Assembly (NCBI GenBank): GCA_040765725.1 | Contig: JAXGRQ010000003.1 | Coordinates: 81,363 to 145,362 of the forward strand | Length of the DNA stretch: 64,000 nt | Direction of reading: 5' to 3' | DNA from: Syntrophales bacterium | GTDB taxonomy: Bacteria > Desulfobacterota > Syntrophia > Syntrophales > UBA5619 | Shown here: piece by piece, positions 59,865-64,000 of the stretch | How positions within the stretch are numbered: the first letter of the stretch is position 1 | How the letters are laid out: each line of letters starts with the position of its first letter | Translations under genes and position numbers: made by a program | Notes under the pieces: generated by a model | Database searches by the model: none | What the model was told of the DNA's origin: nothing | What the model saw: only the letters and a program-made list of their open reading frames with translations

Positions 59865-61280
59865 CTATTCGCCGGACAGGTAGCCATGAATCGCCTTTGC
59901 CGCCTGCCTCCCGGCGCCCATGGCCAGAATGACCGTGGCCGAGCCGGTGACAATGTCGCCGCCGGCGTAAACCCCCTTGCGGCTCGTCTCCCCGGAATCT
60001 CCCTTCGTGACGATGTAGCCCCAGCGGTTCGTCTCCAATCCGGGCGTTGTCGCCGGGACAATCGGGTTGGCCATCGTTCCGACGGCGACCACCACCGTAT
60101 CCACCGGGATCACAAACTCCGACCCCCGGATCGGCACGGGGCGGCGCCTCCCCGAATCATCCGGTTCACCCAGCTCCATCTGCTGGCAACGCATGCCCGT
60201 CACCCAGCCCTCCTGGTTTCCGATGTACTCCACGGGATTGGTCAGGAGCTTGAACTGAACCCCCTCTTCCTTTGCGTGATGCACCTCCTCGATCCGGGCG
60301 GGCATCTCCACCTCCGTCCGTCGGTAGACGATCGTTGCGTTGTCCGCTCCGAGGCGCAGCGCGGTCCGGACCGAGTCCATCGCCACGTTCCCGCCGCCGA
60401 TCACGGCGACATTCTTGCCGCGGGCGATCGGGGTGTCGTATTCCGGAAAACGGTATGCCTTCATCAGGTTGGAACGGGTCAGATACTCGTTCGCCGAGTA
60501 GATCCCGCTGAGATTTTCCCCGGGGATGTTCATGAAAACCGGTGCACCGGCGCCGACGCCGAGGAAGATCGCGTCGAATCCCTCGGCAAAGAGCTCGTCC
60601 ACCGTCTGGATCCTGCCGATGACGGCGTTCGTGACGATTTTGACCCCCAATTTCTTCAGGTAGTCCACTTCCGCCTCGACGATCGCCTTCGGCAGACGAA
60701 ATTCCGGGATCCCGTAAACCAGGACGCCGCCCGCCTTGTGCAGGGCCTCGAAGACCGTCACATCATAGCCGAGTTTCACCAGGTCGCCCGCGATCGTCAG
60801 ACCCGCGGGTCCGGCACCGACCACCGCCACCCGTTTCCCGTTGGGCTGCGTCCTCGGGGGTACGGCAACCTTTCCCGACCGGCGCTCGTAATCCGCGGCG
60901 AACCGCTCCAATCGGCCGATCGCGACCGGCTCCCCCTTTTTCCCGAGGATGCAGACCTTCTCGCACTGATCCTCCTGCGGGCAGACACGGCCGCAGACGG
61001 CAGGAAGCGCATTGGTTTCCTTCAGCTTGAGTGCCGCCTCCATGAATTTTCCTTCGGCGATGAGCGCAATAAATCCCGGGATGTTCACATCCACCGGGCA
61101 GCCGGCAATACAGCCCGGCTTCTTACACTGGATGCAGCGCTTCGCCTCGGCGATCGCAAGCTCCTCGGTATAACCCGTGGGAACCTCGTTGAAATTGCGG
61201 ATCCGAATCTTCGGATCCTGCTCGGGCATCTTGTGTCGGGGAACTTTTTCCTTCTTGGGTTTGATTTCGTTATTTTCCAT
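59865..61280 (-). CDS. nfnB: NADPH-dependent glutamate-synthase-beta-like oxidoreductase, NfnB/SudA/GltD type
   Basis: N-terminal Fe-S motifs CIQCKKPGCIAGCP and CGRVCPQEDQCE, and FAD/NAD motifs VAVVGAGPAGLT and VAVIGGGNVAMD. Overlaps the nfnA 3' end by 11 nt. Confidence 0.8.
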   Translation of the reverse strand: MENNEIKPKKEKVPRHKMPEQDPKIRIRNFNEVPTGYTEELAIAEAKRCIQCKKPGCIAGCPVDVNIPGFIALIAEGKFMEAALKLKETNALPAVCGRVCPQEDQCEKVCILGKKGEPVAIGRLERFAADYERRSGKVAVPPRTQPNGKRVAVVGAGPAGLTIAGDLVKLGYDVTVFEALHKAGGVLVYGIPEFRLPKAIVEAEVDYLKKLGVKIVTNAVIGRIQTVDELFAEGFDAIFLGVGAGAPVFMNIPGENLSGIYSANEYLTRSNLMKAYRFPEYDTPIARGKNVAVIGGGNVAMDSVRTALRLGADNATIVYRRTEVEMPARIEEVHHAKEEGVQFKLLTNPVEYIGNQEGWVTGMRCQQMELGEPDDSGRRRPVPIRGSEFVIPVDTVVVAVGTMANPIVPATTPGLETNRWGYIVTKGDSGETSRKGVYAGGDIVTGSATVILAMGAGRQAAKAIHGYLSGE

Positions 61281-62106
61281 GGCATTTGCACCTATAGGCT
61301 TCCATCGATTGTTTTTCCTGGGGCTGATACATCCTGAGACGGCTGGTCAAAAGGGCAAAATCGACCTGATGGCCGTCGAACTCGGGGCCGTCCACGCAGG
61401 TAAATTTTGTTTTTCCGGCGACCGCGACCCGGCAGGCTCCGCACATTCCGGTCGCGTCCACCATGACCGGATTGAGGGAAACAACCGTCGGGATCCCGTG
61501 CGGCCTCGTCACGTCGCAAAGGACGCGCATCATCGGCACGGGACCGATCGCAAAGACCCGATCGATCCTTTCCTTCGCATCGATCAGGTTCTGGAGGACC
61601 GCACTCACGAAACCGTGAAAGCCGTAGCTGCCGTCGTCCGTCGCGACAATCAGCCTGTCGCTGACCTTTCTCATTTCCTCTTCGAGGATGAGAAGGGTTT
61701 GGGTCCGCGCCCCGATAATGGAGGTCACCCGGTTCCCGGCTTTCTTGAGGGCAGCCGCAAGCGGATAAACGACACCCACGCCCACACCCCCGCCAATGCA
61801 GACGACGTGACCGAAGTTTTCGATCTCCGTCGGGTTGCCGAGCGGACCCTGAACATCGCTGATCTCATCACCCGCTTTCATATCGGCGAGCGCCGCTGTC
61901 GTCTTCCCGACCACCTGAAAAATGATGGTGATCGTCCCGTCTTCCGCATCCGAATCCACGATGGTCAGCGGAATTCTCTCCCCCGGTTCATCGATCTTCA
62001 GGATGATGAACTGGCCGGCGCGTCGTTTTCGCGCAATTTCCGGGGCCGCAAGGACCATCCGGACCACGTTTTCCGACAAATCCTGTTTTTCAATAATTGG
62101 GTTCAC
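61270..62106 (-). CDS. nfnA: Ferredoxin-NADP+ reductase-like FAD/NAD and [2Fe-2S] subunit, NfnA/SudB type
   Basis: AGQFIILKIDEPGERIPLTI (FNR-like barrel), CIGGGVGVG and C-terminal CGACRV...FTCVDGPEF. Apparent GTG start with GAAGAGGAGAAG upstream. Confidence 0.8.
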   Translation of the reverse strand: MNPIIEKQDLSENVVRMVLAAPEIARKRRAGQFIILKIDEPGERIPLTIVDSDAEDGTITIIFQVVGKTTAALADMKAGDEISDVQGPLGNPTEIENFGHVVCIGGGVGVGVVYPLAAALKKAGNRVTSIIGARTQTLLILEEEMRKVSDRLIVATDDGSYGFHGFVSAVLQNLIDAKERIDRVFAIGPVPMMRVLCDVTRPHGIPTVVSLNPVMVDATGMCGACRVAVAGKTKFTCVDGPEFDGHQVDFALLTSRLRMYQPQEKQSMEAYRCKCHGK

Positions 62107-62198
62107 CGATCTCTTCTCCTCTTCACGAATCTTGGCTGCGGTCTTCCTGCGGGGAAGTCCGGGATCCGGTCTGATTCGTCAGCAGCCCGGTCCCGAAC

Positions 62199-62222
62199 AA
62201 AAAAAGGAGCCTCCAGGCTCCC
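62199..62222 (-). terminator. Intrinsic terminator-like hairpin plus U7
   Basis: Minus-strand RNA GGGAGCC-UGGA-GGCUCCU followed by UUUUUU GUU. Lies 170 nt downstream of the orphan gene stop and 93 nt upstream of the nfnA start. Confidence 0.6.
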
Positions 62223-62276
62223 TTCTTCCCTTTACGTAATCTTCCGCGAGAAGCAGGACCTTCTCAAGCGGAACGG

Positions 62277-62305
62277 ACCATAGTATTCTTTATTTTATTT
62301 GTCAA
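62277..62305 (-). promoter_or_regulatory. Sigma70-like promoter candidate (TTGACA-17 nt-TATGGT)
   Basis: Minus strand reads TTGACA AATAAAATAAAGAATAC TATGGT, inside the only AT-rich patch of this intergenic region. Confidence 0.4.
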
Positions 62306-62392
62306 GTTCAGATGGAATCAAAAAATGAACTGTTGATTCGGCCGGGTTTCTGCCCCGTTCACGCCGATTCGGCACGATCCATCATGAATGGT

Positions 62393-62917
62393 CTAATGCG
62401 GCCTGAGAGACAGGAAGTAGGTGTGGGTCGGGCAGAGGACGTGGGGACGACGGGATGTGCTGCGGGTGGTCGTACAACGGTTACGGTTGAAACGACGGAG
62501 CTTGTGCGAGTCGAAAAAGCGGATCTGCCGGGCCGTGATCTCATGGACAATGGACCAGTGGTCCCACATGGGCCCCCCCAGACCGATGAGGATGGTTCTT
62601 TCACCGTCCGTTTCGAGAAAGCGACTCATCTCATTCCAGAATTGGTCAAGCGGCGTGTTGGGTAAAGTCTTGAAAGGCATGCTGCGATACGGAATCAAAT
62701 CTTTCACAACCGTACGAAAAATTCCACCGATGGTCACCAAGCCGATTCCTTCGGTCAGCATCCTGCTCAGATCGTGGGTTTGTTCGAGATACTCCAGGAT
62801 CCGCTGGAACAGATTTTTGGCCTCATCGTCGCTGACGGAGGAAACGATCCGTGCAGCATTGACGATGCTGTATATCGCGCACAAACCATCCAGACCGCCC
62901 TGTTCGTAAGGTTTCAT
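62393..62917 (-). CDS. Hypothetical protein with papain/C39-like Gln...Cys...His arrangement
   Basis: 174 aa from MKPYEQGGLDGLCAIYSIVNAARIV. A later GLGGPMWDHWSIVHEI supplies the candidate His. Visibly lower GC than its neighbours. The tracked ORF extends to 63082 but overlaps the upstream gene there. Confidence 0.45.
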   Translation of the reverse strand: MKPYEQGGLDGLCAIYSIVNAARIVSSVSDDEAKNLFQRILEYLEQTHDLSRMLTEGIGLVTIGGIFRTVVKDLIPYRSMPFKTLPNTPLDQFWNEMSRFLETDGERTILIGLGGPMWDHWSIVHEITARQIRFFDSHKLRRFNRNRCTTTRSTSRRPHVLCPTHTYFLSLRPH

Positions 62918-62973
62918 TGCCTCATCCGTGTTGCTTTCAGAAGCAGAGATCCGCAGACGGGAAACCGCTTGCG

Positions 62974-63867
62974 TCAGTACTCGCGGGTCAGCTTGTCGAG
63001 CTCCGCCACCGAAAAGATGGGACCGTCCTTGCAGACGTATTTCTCTCCGACATTGCACCGGCCGCACTTGCCGATGCCGCACTTCATCCTCATTTCCAGG
63101 GAGGTGATGATGTTTTCCTTGGAAAAACCCAGTTCAAAGAACACGGGCAGCGTGTAGCGGATCATGATCGGCGGACCGCAGATCACGGCCACGGCGTTCT
63201 CGGCGCTCGGCGTGAATTCGGAACAGGTCGGACCGTCCGCGCCCGGTGCGACCTCGCGGCAGACGGCCGGGACGAAACCCGTCCGCCCCTTCCAGGCGTC
63301 ATCCCCCTTATCCACGGTCACAAACATCCGAAGGTCCTTACGGCATTCCCAGGCCGTCAGTTCGTTCTTATAGCAGAGAAGTCCCGGTGTTCTCGCCCCG
63401 TAGATCACGCTGATATCCCCAAAGCGGGAACGGTTCTTCTCGTGGAGCATGTAATGGATCAGCGAGCGCAGGGTCGTAAAGGCAAAACCTCCGCCCACCA
63501 CGACAACGTCCTTCCCTTCCAGGTATTCAAGCGGCCAGGCGTTTCCCAGGGGGCCCCGAACACCGATACGGGCGCCCACATCCAGATCATGAAGCGCCGT
63601 GGTGACCATGCCCGCGACCAGCGTCCCGGCCCGCTGAACGGTGAATTCGATATAGCCGGTCTCGGTCGGTGAGGAGGCGATGCCGATCGGGCACTCCCCT
63701 TTTCCCAGGATCGACAGTTCTGCAAACTGCCCCGGCAGGTACCGGAACCGCTCTTCGTCCTCCTTGTTCACGAAAGCCAACCGGAAGGTTTTGATGTCCT
63801 TGCTGTCCACCTCCGTGACGATCTTGACCACCTCAACCGGCATGGGGATATAGGGATTCTGCATCAT
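62974..63867 (-). CDS. FAD/NAD(P)-binding [2Fe-2S] oxidoreductase subunit, AsrB / sulfhydrogenase-gamma (HydG) type
   Basis: FNR-like LPGQFAELSI, VVVGGGFAFTTLRS and C-terminal CGIGKCGRCNVG [2Fe-2S] motif. Confidence 0.8.
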   Translation of the reverse strand: MMQNPYIPMPVEVVKIVTEVDSKDIKTFRLAFVNKEDEERFRYLPGQFAELSILGKGECPIGIASSPTETGYIEFTVQRAGTLVAGMVTTALHDLDVGARIGVRGPLGNAWPLEYLEGKDVVVVGGGFAFTTLRSLIHYMLHEKNRSRFGDISVIYGARTPGLLCYKNELTAWECRKDLRMFVTVDKGDDAWKGRTGFVPAVCREVAPGADGPTCSEFTPSAENAVAVICGPPIMIRYTLPVFFELGFSKENIITSLEMRMKCGIGKCGRCNVGEKYVCKDGPIFSVAELDKLTREY

Positions 63868-63899
63868 TGCTCCTCAAATGGGTCTGACTGGAATTTCAT

Positions 63900-64000
63900 T
63901 CACCGTTTCAATGCCTTTTCGATGACCGAGAAGATATCGATGTTCACCGGGCAGGCGCGGGTGCAGCGTCCGCAGCCCACGCAGGAGATGCACCCGTACT
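63900..64000 (-). CDS. 4Fe-4S cluster protein, C-terminal end only (AsrA / HydB-like partner?), gene runs off the window end
   Basis: Reverse translation gives ...YGCISCVGCGRCTRACPVNIDIFSVIEKALKR*, containing a CxxCxxCxxxCP ferredoxin motif. Stop at 63900-63902, 33 nt upstream of the AsrB-like start. Confidence 0.6.
   Translation of the reverse strand, partial: YGCISCVGCGRCTRACPVNIDIFSVIEKALKR

Overview
This is a high-GC chromosomal segment. Hand-counted coding lines are about 60-70% G+C. The gene content suggests an anaerobe: rubrerythrin, NfnAB-type oxidoreductase, and many Fe-S and radical-SAM proteins. I cannot place the phylum from sequence alone.

About 47 kb on the left and 9 kb on the right are densely packed, mostly minus-strand housekeeping genes:
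- Cofactor genes: coaE, coaX, birA, nadC.
- Translation, repair and RNA genes: valS, miaA, mutL, truA, mtaB, rnc, era, der, cca, rlmD-like, rlmI.
- Envelope and sugar-nucleotide genes: rfbB, rfbD, nlpD-like, NlpC/P60-SPOR.
- Others: ispDF, carD-family, pcm, an ABC-F ATPase, rubrerythrin, nfnAB.

The one clear RNA element is a TPP riboswitch with a terminator platform. It lies upstream of a thiamine-salvage operon (thiamine pyrophosphokinase, thiD, cytX).

The main anomalies are:
1. A roughly 7 kb lower-GC tract (about 47.5-54.7 kb) has no intact gene. It reads as a mosaic of multiply frameshifted relics: enolase superfamily, alpha/beta hydrolase, an unassigned gene, an acyl-CoA dehydrogenase fragment, and a GAF-PAS-HD-GYP sensor.
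2. Three native-GC genes are also broken. cytX and an NMO/FabK-like gene each carry a single-base frameshift next to a homopolymer. A tatD-like gene is conserved only in its first ~95 codons.
3. An acyl-CoA synthetase pair is split by a small Cys-rich protein and followed by a CitE-type lyase.
4. A lower-GC orphan with a papain/C39-like Gln-Cys-His arrangement sits inside a redox gene array.

I found no CRISPR array, rRNA, tRNA, transposase, integrase or recognisable defence system. All calls rest on reading the ORF translations and the sequence by eye. Relic coordinates are approximate, and no database search was run.
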